DNA from: Tricharina praecox | Lineage: Eukaryota | Length of the DNA: 64,000 bases | Direction of reading: 5' to 3' | Assembly (NCBI RefSeq): GCF_024521635.1 | Contig: NW_026250406.1 | Location: 930,001-994,000 of the forward strand | Shown here: in pieces, positions 11,356 through 24,700 of the stretch | How the letters are laid out: every line of letters begins with the position of its first letter | How positions within the stretch are numbered: position 1 is the first letter of the stretch | Translations under genes and position numbers: made by a program | Notes under the pieces: model-generated | What the model saw: the letters and a program-made list of their open reading frames with translations, nothing else | What the model was told of the DNA's origin: nothing | Databases searched by the model: none

Positions 11356-14300
11356 TCGAGTCTCGAGTCTCCAGAGTCCATCCATCCACATCCATCCAGC
11401 ACCGACGAACCCTAGAACCCAGGAACCCTCCAAACTCACTCACTCACTCACTCACTCACTGTTTGGATCGGGTCATGTCATGTCGTCATTGCGACTGACT
11501 GCCTTTTGGCTTCGTGCTTCGTGCTTCGTGCTCCACATATCATACAAAAGAGAAGAAAAGAAAAGAAAACCGCAACCGAAAAAAGGAAAGAAAAAGAAAA
11601 AGAAAAAGAAACCCCTCCAGAAAAGCAATAAAAAAACAAAGCGGGAAACCCAACCGAAGGGTTTTTGATCGAGTGCGGGGGGGAAGGGGGAGGGGGGAGG
11701 GGGTGATGTGGTCAAAGCGCCGGCTTCGGCAGTCAGTCAGCGGCCATGGGTCCCGCTCACCTCACTGCTCGCTCGCTCGCTCTCCCGGTCACAGCGTGAA
11801 CTTCGGCGGCTGAAACCAGGGCGGGGAGCGGCGAGAAAACGGACTGATCCGGCGGGCTGCGGGCTAAGGACTGCCATTGACCTGCCATTGAACCCCTCGC
11901 GGAACTGATCTAGTTTGATCTAAGCTGAGCTGAGCTGGCGATGTCTCGGAGTGCCCCTCTTTCCATCACTACGGTACCTCCTCATGACGAGACGATAACT
12001 GTTGTCTCTTTTTTCTTTTTCTTCTCGCTGTGGTGCTGTGGTGCTGTCTCGCCTCGCCTTCCAGGTGACGGGTCTGTGGCCGCCAGCGGCTCAGCATAGG
12101 TAGTCGCGAAAAACGGACGTCGGAGCTAACTACGGGGAATAGATGTTGATCGAGCTGGTATCATAGGTGCAGTATCTAAGAGCGACGAAAAAGAAAAGAA
12201 ACACATAGGGCGGTCCGCTTGCTTGCTTTCTTGAGAGCTTGATTGCTTGCTTCGGTCTTCCCACTCTGCTCGAGCTCTGTGACTCCGCTGCCGCTCCCAA
12301 TAGTTGATAGTTGTTTCAACTTTCCTTTTTGTTTTCTTGGTTGGGCAGAGTGTACAATACACTGTACGGCACATACAAACTCACCCAGGCAAAGCTGCTG
12401 GAATCTCAGGCAAGTATGTAAGTCAGCATCATATCCATAGGCATATAGACATACGGTACATACCGGTATCTCCTGAGTCCTATGCTATATCGCTCGTCCG
12501 GTGCACCGTGCACAGTGCACGTGGACGGACGGTGGACCAACTCGACTCGAACGCGGCCACAGCTGAGCTGCTGTAGAGTATGTATTGTGCATACGTTCAC
12601 AAGAAATATGTAGGCAGGTTAAACTTCGCCAGAGGATAGTTGGTACATACATAGAGTGGCGGATACCATACCCTACATACATACAAGCATATCACACACA
12701 CATACACACATACACACAGGCAGGCAGACATTCAAAGGGCATGATACTTTACTCTACTATACACAAACAGACAGCAGCCCATCTACCTACCTATGAATCA
12801 TGATACCTACCACGCACCATCACGCACGTTCCGCTGTCCGCTGTAACTACGGCAGTGGGGGGAGAAAGTGCCTAATAACTTACGTCTGGATATAGGTCCC
12901 GTACATACGCCGTAGCAGCGAGCGGCGGGCGGACCAATCGATTGCGACTTCTGTGTACTGTACATACATACTCTCCCCGCGTGCGGCTGGCCGGACGAGA
13001 ATCGTCCTCACCGTTCACGCGACCCTATGTATTATGTATCCGAACGCCGCCGCCTGGCCAGGCCAGGCCAGGCTAGGCCAGTGAGGCGGACGTGCTCTAG
13101 GCGGAGTACTGTACGTTGTGGCTGGCCGCTGGCTGGCTGGCAGGTATACACACATATGCTACTGGTAGGTATCATACGCAATACTATGCATTACTATATA
13201 CCGTATGCATTGCATTTCGTTGCGTTACGTTGCGTTGCATAGCATAGCATAGCAGCGACATGAAAGTCCTCCAGCAGAATCTACTTACATAACTACCAGC
13301 AATCGGGAGGCAAGTAGTTACTGTGCGTATGTACCCCGCAATTTCATAATTCTTCACGAACGAACGAGCGGACTGCGCTGGCGGACGGCGATGGCGGACG
13401 GCGATGGCGGACGGCGATGGCGGACGGCAGAAGGCGGAAGGCGGGCGGGGCGGGCAGGTGGACATGACAGCTGAATTGAATTGAATTGACCTGAACGATC
13501 CGTTCCGTTCTCTATATTACTCCATAGTTCTGTTGTAAACTGTAACTTGTGAGTTAGAATTGGCAGTCCGAATTGAAATCCTCGTTCCCCCTCCCCTTGC
13601 CCCTCCCCCGCCTCGATCAGTCAATCTCACGCAGCGCAGCGCAAAGAAGGAAAAAGAAAAGAAAAGAAAAGAGAGAGAAAGAGAAAAGTTGTTCAGGTAC
13701 TCTGGACGGCTGTGGTCCGTTACACATCTCACCTCACCTAACTGATAGATATAGTTACCTACCACTATCGCGTTGACCGCGAACGGAACGGAATGAAATC
13801 AATTGCTGCCTGCCTGCCTGTCCTTGTCTGCCTGTCTGGCTGGCTGTGTCGGGCTATGTCTGCCTGTCTGCCAATATCCGCCTGTCTGCCAATGTCTGCC
13901 TGTCCGCCGTCGCTCCCGATTCCCGAGCATTCATTGAAGTGGTGGTGGTGGTGGTAGTGGTGGGTGGTGGTGGGTGGTGGTCTGGCCATTGAGTGCGAAA
14001 AGTCTCATGATGAGTAGTACCCATCGTGCCTACCCACTCTACTTTACATTCAGCACTGCAGCACTTCAGCAATAGCACTTCAGCACTAAATGATGATGCG
14101 CAGCCAACTAGGTACGCAGCCGTGCCCCGGCGGCGGCGGCTCAACAGTTGAGCGCCGCTCGTCCAGTGTCGGATCGACTGCTACACTGGTCTGTATGTAC
14201 GCACCGGGTGGCGTTTTTGCTTACCTCATGTCTAATGATGAACACTGACCTACCTAGCAGTGTATTGCACTACTCCGTTGACTGACTGACTGACAGACAG

Positions 14301-14500
14301 ACAGACAGGGCGTAGTTATATAACTCACCGAGGAACAACGGACATTACTGATCCCTCATCGAGTCATCCCGTCATCCCCTCAATCAGTTGTCGCGGCACG
14401 CTCCCCTCCCGGTCGGGAGGGAGGGAGGGAGGGATGGAGGGAGGGAGGGAGGGAGGGAAGGGAAGGGAGAGCGGGAAGATCTGTGTCCGCAGGACCGCCG

Positions 14501-14532
<32 letters not shown>

Positions 14533-17500
14533 CCGCAGGCAGCGAGCGAGCATTCGTTCGTCCGTTCGTCTGTTCATCCGTTCGTTCGTTCGTCGGCGAC
14601 GCGAAAACTGCCTGTGGACCCATCCATCTACCTCCTTAGACGGGACAGGATGGATGACCGGCGCGCGAGCGAGGGAGGGAGCGAGACCAGAAATCTGGGG
14701 AAACCTTGCGCCTGCCTGCCTGCTTGCCTCCCTCCCTGCCTGCCTGCTACATACGGTGCGAGGCACATACATCTCCGTACATCGAGGTATAGGAATAAAA
14801 ACAAAAACAATAAATGGGGATGGCTGGCTGGCAGCTGGCTCTGGCCTGCCGGAGAGGGCTAAATGCTGCCTCTTCTGAGAGCAGAGTGCCGTAGAGTAGA
14901 GTACTCAGGTAGGGAATTAAATTGGATTGGATTGGATTTTTCTTGTCGGCCTCTCCCCTCTCCCATCCCCCATCCCCCATCCCCCGTCCCCCGCGTCCGG
15001 CCACCCCGGACGGAACGCGAGTCCACATACATAGCAGGAGCCATAAAAATTCCAATAATTGATCTCTGTATGAAACCCAACCCAGTCTGGCCCCACACTA
15101 CCAACTGGAGTCTGGCGTACGTCAGGTTTGCGGAAAATGTGGGGTAGCGCTAGAGCTAACTAGCGCTAACTAAGCGTATGTCCGAACGGGGGAACTTGAC
15201 CGTGCCGAGAAAAAGGTCCCAGAACTACTCGACATGGGCGAGGGTGAGGTGAGGGTGAGGGTTCGGCGTTGTTGGTCCTGATGCTGATGCTGGTGCTGGT
15301 GCTCATGCTCATGCTCATGCTCATGCTCATGCTGATTGCATTGCGTGCATTAGGTATTGTCCCCCCCCTCCCCCGGCCGGACCCCGAGGAGGGTTGAGAG
15401 GGTTACATATGTGGAAGTCGACGCCGTCTCGGATCCGAGTTGAGGCCGAATCGGTATACCTACCAGAGTAGTATCGCGCTCCGCCGCCCCCAGCTACAAG
15501 CAACACTGCTGGGTAGAACGGCCCGCCCTTGTCGCCCGTCGCCCGTCGCCCCGTGGGGCCGTGCCCGGGACTTCAACCTTGGTCCTTGGGCTGACGACGA
15601 CGACAACGGCGGCGGCGGTGATTATACCCCATACATCCAGGCCCCAGGCACCAGGGAAGCACTATGTGTAGAGTAATCACTGATGCCAACACTCACAATA
15701 GACTTGTCACTTTACCGTACCGATCGCCGCGTTGCTGAGCATAGCAAGATCACCATACAGTTTACCAGGTACCGCACGCCTTGCCCTGTATGCGGGTGCG
15801 GGTGCTGGTGCTGGTGCTGGTGCTGGTGTTGGTGCTGATGCTGGTTGCTGTCTCTGTTCTGTCTCTGTTCTGTTCTGTTCTTCTGATCCGTTCGTCCCGG
15901 GTACCATGCGAGCCCGAGAATCGAGATAGATACTCTACATATCATACCTGGAACCTGAGGCTTACATACCCTCCCCTCCCTCCCCCCTTCCTCGTGGATG
16001 CTAGCCGAAACACAAGGACAGTCAGGGCAGGGCAGCCTGGCAGGGCAAGGTAAGCCCCAAAGAGCTGTGGGGGGGAGGTCCGGGGCCCGGGTTACCGCGC
16101 TTGTCTTTTGTCTCCCTCCCTTGCGAGCCCTCGCGAGCTGTGCAGGTTGTTACTATTATTGACTATTGATGTCTCCTCCTACACATCATAGAGTACTCTA
16201 CCTCCTCCTCCTTCTCTCTTCGATAGTTACCGGTATTTCTGTGCGCATCGCGTCGTGTCGGGTTGACTCAGGGACCGCGTCGTCGCCGGGGTCGGAGTAG
16301 GCGACGCGGCGGCGACGGCGACACAACCGCGCACAGCCTGGTACTACTCTACAGTGGTGGTACTTGCGGAGGAGGAGGATGCGTAGGTAGGTGGGTCACA
16401 GCAATCTACATCCCCGCCGTACGCTACTCACCTAGCCAGGTATGTAACTACGGTATATCCGTACTCTGCGGACTCCGGAGCAAACACGATCAGCCAGCTG
16501 TTTAAATCCGTCGGATGGATTGCATACGGCACGGTACGGTACTCAGTACTAGGGAAGGCGGAGGGAGGCCCAGCTGGCGGGGGGGGGGGGGGGGGGAGGG
16601 AGGGAGGTAGATCGAGAAGGGCGAGTGCACAAACAACACGCGTATCATATCACATCACATCGTGCACTTCACTTCATGTTGCTTCGCCTTCGCTTCACTT
16701 CACCTTCATTTCACCTGTGTATGTGCAACATAGAAAGGCTTCCGGACTTGCAGGTTCCGGCGGCTTCCACTCACTCACTCACTCACTCACTCACTCACAA
16801 GGTGCATTTCTAACCGTTCTGACGGTTCTGGCCGTTCCGTTGTCGCAGTCGTAGTCGTTGTCCGTTCACGGTTTGGTGGGTTGAGACCGTTGGGTGCCAG
16901 TTAGGTGGGTGGGTTGCAACGGCCCCCCCTCCAAGCCATGTGTGTCTGTGTGTGTGAGCACCGACCATGCCATGCCATGCCTGGAGCCAGCTGACCTCGA
17001 ATTGAATCCGCAGCACCATCAGCAGCAGAGCAGCAGCAGCGCGGCAGCGACAGTAAAATAACAGAGCTAAAAACACACGACACGACACGACACGACACGA
17101 CAGGACAGGACACGATGCGATATCAAAAATCAAAAAAAAAGCTGAAAGCTGCCTGTATGTACGTCTGATATGCTTCTGCTTCTGCTGCTGCTTGGGGTCC
17201 GCTTCTGCTGCTTGTGCTGCTTTGGCTTCTGCCTATGCCTATGCCTATGCTGTGCCCATCACGATCCACCATCACCATCGCCATAGACATCACCACCATC
17301 ACTCATATCTGGAGGGTCGAGACTGGCGGCGGCGGTGGACCGGTGGTGTTCTCGGGCAGGCAGCGCATAGGTAGAGTATTCTCACATGGCAATGCAGTAG
17401 GTAATGGGCGAATTGCGCTGCACAAAACCCGCAACGCAACGCAACGGCGGGAGCACGCAGATGGATGGATGGATGGATGGATAGATGAGTACGGACGGGC

Positions 17501-18266
17501 TCGCAAGTGCCAACCAACCAACCAACCAACGGTTGGGATGGCTTGATACGCGAGATTTCGCCGTGTTACGATGGGCTGCGAATGAACGGAAGGGAAGGGA
17601 TGGGAAGGGCAGAAGGGAAGGGCGGATGAGCAGGTATCCAGTCAACTGCCAACTTCTGACGGACAATTGTCTGGTGGTCTGGTGGTCTGTCAGTCAGTCA
17701 GTCTGTCCGTCTGTCTCTCCGTCTGAATGTCTGTCCGTCTCACGCCTCACTCCACACGTCTCACGTCTTTACGGGAAGAGGCAGACAGTGGACGTACTCC
17801 AACTACCATACTGTACCTAGTGTAGGTTCGCCTGTTGCTGTTGCGGACTGTTGACTGTTGGACTGTTAGCTGTTGGACTGTACGGACTGCGGACTGCGGA
17901 CTGCGGACTGCGGACTATCGGACTATGGTATGCGGACTGTCAGTCAGTCAGTCAGTCGGTCGGTGACTCGGTCGGTAGACGATCGAATCGGAATCGAATC
18001 TGATCATGGCCGAGAGAGCTCGCCCGAGGAGGTGCCAGATAGGCCGTCTCGGACTGGGGTTGTGTAGGCTTGCTTGCTGTGTGTATGTACATACACTGTA
18101 CATAGAGTCCGCCGCCCACTCGCGCACAATGTGACAGTGTCATGTAGAGTCATGTCGAGTATCCAGACTCCTGAGTATCCAGCGTATCCATCTAGAGTAC
18201 ATATCTAGAGTCAAAGCGTACTGCGGTGTACTCTACATACCGTGCACATACCGTGTACAAACCGTG

Positions 18267-18328
18267 TACCTCGAGCCCGCATACTCTACATACCTCGAGC
18301 CCGCATACTCTACATACCTCAAGCCCGC
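18267..18328. repeat. 24-bp tandem repeat (TACCTCGAGCCCGCATACTCTACA) x about 2.6
   Basis: Two perfect copies (18267-18290, 18291-18314) plus a partial degenerate third copy. Confidence 0.9.
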
Positions 18329-21300
18329 TTACCTCAAACTCCAGCCCGCTACCCCAAGTCCGCAACCTGCGGCGCGGATCCTTCCAAATACCAGTGCGCC
18401 GCAGGCCGCTACTCTACACACTCACACAGAGATTCCGGGGAGGGGGCAAGGGTGTTGCGCACAGCACAGCACATCACAGCACAGCACAGCACAGGGCAGG
18501 GCAGGCTGAGGTACCGTACCGTAGGTAGGATGTGGGTAGGTAGGGTAGAACATGCCAACTCCGGAAGTCGAAGGGAGTCGAAGGGAGTTGAGTCTCGGGT
18601 CCGGTGCAGGCCGGTGCAGGCCGGTGCTGTGCAGTGCTTTTGTACATCTGTAAGTACAGTACAAACGGCGTGTGTATGTGGAAGCAAAAGCAAAGGCAAA
18701 GCAGAGCAGAGCAAAGGGCTGTGCGCATGTACGATACATGAGAGCAAGGGCAATGGCAAGGGCGATAGCATAGGCAAGGTCTTGCTGCGCTTGCTCACGA
18801 CTTGACTACCTAGAATCCTAGATACGTGACCTGCAGCCGTAGAGGATCCGAGGATCATGGGTGAAGACGAAGAAGAAGAAGCAGAAGAAGAAGACGAAGA
18901 AGAAGTGGTGTTGTTGCCCGCCTAGCAGGCTAGCCCAGCCTCAGGTACCATACCATACACGTTTCTCTGTGTGTGTGCAGTTTGTGTGTGTGCAGCGTGT
19001 GTGCAATGCACAGCCCTCAGCCTTGTGTCTCCTGTCTTGTGCCTTGTATCAGAACAGAACACGAACAGAACACGAACCGGCATACGTGGCCAGGCCAGGC
19101 TGCCAGGCCAGGCCAACCCAACCCAACCCAACCCCCAGGGGTGCGAACCACTTCACACTTCATACTGAAACCCCAAAAACTCACCACTGACCAGACACGG
19201 TGAGGCGAACGAACGTGCGAACAAAGAATGTATGTATAGATATGGATATAGATAGATCGCCTCCAACTCGGACCCAGTGCACTGGATGGGAGGGGAAGAC
19301 TACCTACTTTGCTTACTCCACCTCTTACCTCTTACATACTCGTGGCCGGTCGTCTGTTGGCTCGCTGACTCTGACTGCGACAAGGCTCGTCCCTTTTCGT
19401 CTCGTCTCGTCTCTCGCCTCGCCTCGCCTCGCCTCACCCCACCTCACGACCGATTCCGAGCCCTGGTCGCTGGGTGCACTGCGTGGAATTCTGCTCGTAT
19501 GTATGATATGTACAATATGTAGAATCCACAATGCCAGAGTCCAGACGGGCAGACAGGCGGTCATGTGCATGTACACTATCTACACTGCATACCGTACTTG
19601 GGTATAGTTAGATACAGAGCTTCATAGCCACACACAGACACACACAGACACGCACACACCGTACCCTACATGTGGAGCACGGTGGGATCACGGCAGGAGT
19701 GCGGTATGTAGGATGGTATGTAGTGAGCGGAAGTCGTATGTATGTAGTCAGTCAGTCAGTCAGTCAGTAGGATTCGCGGCGGGAATCCCAGAATCCCAGA
19801 ATACCATAGATAGAAATCCTCCTACACGTCGCGTAGAGTAGTAGTACTCCACCTACTCTAACAAAGTAGACAGTTAGGTAGCAACAGAAGAGGTCCCAAA
19901 AGTAGATCTGCCCACTGCCCCTACATGCCTACCAGCGGGGATCACCAACCCAACCCACTTCCTGGCGACCACCATGACCACGGTCCACGATAGTGATCGG
20001 CATTGCTACCAGTTACGGTATGTACAGTACATACTAGGTTACTAGGTAGCAATCTGTGACCTTCTTTCGCACGCTCGCTCGACGCGCGCAAAAAGAAAAC
20101 ACTTGCTCGCACGCTCGTGAATCGTGCATACATACATGTAACATACATACTTCATGTATGTGTGTACTGCGTACTACCTAAGCAAGTATGCAGAGCAGAG
20201 CAGATACCCCAGGTCTAGAGTATGGGTAGTATGGGTAGTAGAGTGATTGATTGATTGATTGATGGATACATCATATCATATCCTTGAAAGCGGATCTAGA
20301 GTATGGTAAAGTAGAGTAAAGTATAATGTTTACTCGCGCCCCTCCCCCTCCCCCTCCCCCTCCCCCCCCTCCCCCTCCGCCCCCAGTTCCCAACCAGTTC
20401 CCAACCACGACCACGCCGACCCCAGCGATATTCCGGGTGCCCAGCTGCGGCGGCGTGCTCGGCGGCGTCCTAAAAGCTACCTGCCTGCCTGGCTGGATGA
20501 TGATAAATACAAGTATTACAACCGAACAATCGCGAGTGTACAATACAATGTAGGCATGGGACTGCCTACCCGAGCAATTTGACGATTGCAAACACGCCCG
20601 AGCCATTGTTCTCATACCTACATGCAGATGAAGGATCGTAGAGTAGAGTGGAGTGGAGTAGGTACGGTAGATAGCGAAGGGGGAGGGGGCGTATGTCTGT
20701 CTGTGTGTCGATGTGTTGTCGATTAAACATAGCATCCGAGCCGGCCCCCATACGCCGTCTGCACATCCATACAGTCATTATCTCAAAAATCTTTCTCGGG
20801 TTTGGGTTTGAGTTTGGTTTGCAGTGTTGTGTATCTCCCACGGCCGGAGCCGCGGGTAGGCAAGGCAAAGCAAAGTTTCGACCGGCTGGGCGCTGGCGGC
20901 GCGAGCGCGGTGTGGACCCTGCATAAGGGCTGACTGGCTGCTGGAGGAACGGATGGATGGATCGATGGATGGAGAGTGAGGGACACCACCACCATCGCCG
21001 CCACCACCACCACCACCACCACTACCACCACCACCACCACAACTAACACCGCCACCACACACCATCCGTGTGCAGACCGACGGCCATGAGCATCGCCTGC
21101 CCACAGTCTCGCTGAGGTGAGGTGATCTGGGAAGGGTGCGATGCACTTCGGCCCCATCCTAATCCGCCATCAATCCAGACGCGCGCGCACATGTGTGTCA
21201 ATGCCGACCGACCGACCGAGCGACGGACGATTCGATTGCGGTACGGGATATGTAGAAAAGACTGGACCATCACGAATCAATTAATCGGGGGTGGGAGGAG

Positions 21301-21653
21301 GGGGGGGGGGGGATGGGGTTTCGCGCGGATACTGCGGCGTTGCTAGGATGATAATAAGAGGTGTCAGTTATGTGTGCAGGGGGAAAGCAAGCAGCCGACC
21401 GACCAGCATGATAGGTATCGTGTGTCGAACCACGCCCAACCCCAAGGCCCACCAGAAACGACGGCGACAACAACGCCGCCGACAGAGACGACGACAAGCA
21501 CATCTGACGAGAGACGGACCAAGAGTTCATCCACATCCCATCACATCCCATCACATCCCATCACATCCCATCACATCCCAAGCAAGCGGAACTGCAACAT
21601 GCGCCGAAGACGGACGGACCGACAGAGCCACTGCCAGCCAGCCAGCCAGCCAG

Positions 21654-21737
21654 ACCAAACCAAACCAAACCAAACCAAACCAAACCAAACCAAACCAAAC
21701 CAAACCAAACCAAACCAAACCAAACCAAACCAAACCA
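21654..21737. repeat. (ACCAA)n pentanucleotide microsatellite, about 16 units
   Basis: Directly visible perfect tandem array. Confidence 0.95.
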
Positions 21738-24700
21738 GAGCATGCCCCTCCCCCCTCCGCACCCCAGCAAGTAGAGTGTCGCGCGGGCGCCCGCTCGCTC
21801 GCTCCGGAAAAACTTATTCGACTTTTGTGATGTGATGATGTGATGGACGGTAGTGAGAGAGAGGCAGGCAGCGGCGACAAGTAGGAGGAGGACGTGGTGT
21901 TGGTGGTGGTGGTGGAGGAAGTGGTGGAGGTGGAGTTGGAGGCAGCTGCGACACCTGCAACACCTGCAACAATCCCCAAGGGTTCGGTCCAAGGCTGCTG
22001 CACTCGGCGGTCGTCTCGATCTCAGGACTCGACGCGGATCGATGGAAAAGCCACCTTATAATAAGTAAATACAGGTGCACGCAACGAACCCCTCGCACTC
22101 TCGCTCCCTGCTAACATACCACCCAAGTAAGTACAAACCCTTCCTACCCGCTCTCCGTGCGAAGCTTGCGCGAAATGTACCCGTATCAGTCAATCATGTA
22201 CTCTATCGAGACTGCCACGTTGTTTGCAATCACCGGAGGAAGCAAGATACGTTATCAGAGTCCTTGTCGACATACATCGCGTACATATGATAATCTGCAC
22301 GCACCGAGATCTCTCTCTCTCTCTCTGCCGCCGCCGCTGCTGCTTCTGCTGCTTCTGCTGCTGCCCCCTTCTCTATTCTTCAACCCGACAGCGCCAGGCC
22401 ATGCGCGTTTCGGATTACCCGTCCCAGTCATCCCGTAGCCAAGTAAGGACTCGGGTTCAAGTAAGTAAGTGTGTGCTTACGTACCCAAGTACCTATAGCC
22501 TTGTGTGTATGGTAGTTTCGTACTGGCCTCGGCGGCGGCGTGCGCGGCGTTTTGTCGGGCGGTTGGCGACATCTGTTCGGCCTCCGCTGGCCACACACGT
22601 GTGGTGTTGTTTACGGACGAGCTTGCAGGCAGCAGTAGTTGATGGGTGCAGCAAGGCGGTTCCGGCGTGGTGATATTTTTGCCTATTTCGGAATATGGAG
22701 CTGTTGTAGAGCAACGTGCTCTGCAACTCTGCTCTGCTTTGCTTTGCGCTTCTCCGTTCGTACCTTTACTCTATGCGACATGTGCCATTGTATGTGGAGC
22801 TGGGTATCGTCGGTGTGCGGTTGTAACCAGTGGTCGTGGTGGCCGTGATGGTCTGGTGGTGTTGATATTGGTGTTGGTAATCGTGGTGGTCGTGGTGGTC
22901 GTGGTGGGCGTCGTGGTGGTGGTATTGTGGTGTCGGTGCCGGTAGTGGTGCTGCTGCTGCTGATGTTAGGTTTGCGTGTCAGCACGGCTGGCTAGAATGA
23001 CATGAAAGAAGAAGAAGAGGGCGCGAACCGCAGCGTCGGAAATGTCCTGGGTCTGGGGTTTGGGGCCAATCAGATCTAGGGAACGAGGGGTTGGTTTGGC
23101 TGGACGGTCTCCCAGCGCTCGATTCTCTTTCCACCCCACCACACCCCCTCCACCCCTCCACCACCACCACCACGAAACCTCCCCTCCCCCCTCCCACGCC
23201 CAGCCCGTTTTGTTTCTGGTGGCCTTGCCTTACCTTGCCTTACCTTGCTCATGGCGAGACAACTGTATCGAATCTTCGATGAATCTTCCACCGGCTGGCT
23301 GCCAGATCCTTGCCGTCTCCAGTCCCATGCCCCCAAATTTCGTATCCCCGGTCGTGAGAGGGTTATGTAGGAAACGAGTGTTTGGGTAGGAACGGTAGAT
23401 ACGGCAGGGTCTGGTACGGTGAGGTAAGGTGAGGTGAGGGACCTTACTAGCAGGCCCAACGTCCGTCTGTTCGGCGGATGGCTTCGATTTTTTTCTCTTC
23501 TTCTTAGAAGCACACACTGGCGGGCTGGGCTGTGACCCACTGGACAAGGCGGGGCGGGGCGGGGGCGCAAATAGAGCGTTGGAGAGATAGAGACGGAGAA
23601 GACGGAGAAGACGGAGAAAAGAGGACCTACCTGGCGACGATGCTCGGCGTTGTTGCGGGTGAGTGCATTTAGCAAGTCCAGACGGACCGATCCGGAACCA
23701 CGAACGTAAAAGAAATGTTGATGGACAGATAGCTCTTGACCGGGACATGCGGAGTCCAGGCTCACGATGCCAGAGGGGGGAAGCGGAAGAAGGAAAAAAA
23801 GGTTCACCTTGCTGCTTGTTGCTTGTTGTTCGCTGCTTGCTTCTGCTGTGGAAGGTGGAGAGTTGTGGATATCGTGGCCAGACCAGCCAGCCAGCCGGCC
23901 GCAAACTCAATGATAGCGATGCGGGGAAATGACAGAAGCTTAAGCCGAGGAGTAGGGAGGAGGGGAGAGCACGGACGTCGACGTCGACGTCGGCCACGAC
24001 CACGACTACCACCACAACACAACACAACCACCACGGCCACGATACCATGGCCAGCTGGAGGAACGTGAGAGGTCAACCGTAATATTTCGCTCTCTCGCTG
24101 CATTTCCCTCAGCCGCCGCTCCGTACCGCGCGTGATCATGTGCATTGCATTCGATGGATCCCGCAACACTGTGGTCGTAGGTATGTACGGTAGAGTAATA
24201 GAATGAATACGAGAGTACATCATACGTACAACACATGGCTGGATGGCTCGTCGGAACGCCCATCTTGTTGCCTATCCAATGCGAAGCCGCCATTTTCTGT
24301 TGCTGCTGCTGGGTGGCACGATGTATACGTAAGGCCTGCCTACATACCAGGTATCACCGCCTCCTTCTTCCCCTCCCTCCGCCACATTCTCTATCATACA
24401 AACACCGCGCACGCACATTTCACCCTACTGCTTGCCGCGGTGGAAAGTTCGTCGGTGATCCGGCCAGCCGGATAGCGAGAAAACCCAGAACCGAGCGAAG
24501 GAACGTGGTCTCCGCTCGGAAAGAAGATCTCATAAGTGAAGGAAAGCAGAGGAACGGACGGCGCTTAGCCCAGGTATGTATGGTATGAAGAAGGGACGAG
24601 ACGGCATGGCAAGGGAGGGGAGGTAACCTCCCTAGCGGCGGGCCATTTCTGTCCGAATGCCAGTCGAAAAAAGCCCGGTCCAGACTTCTCCGTCTCCCAG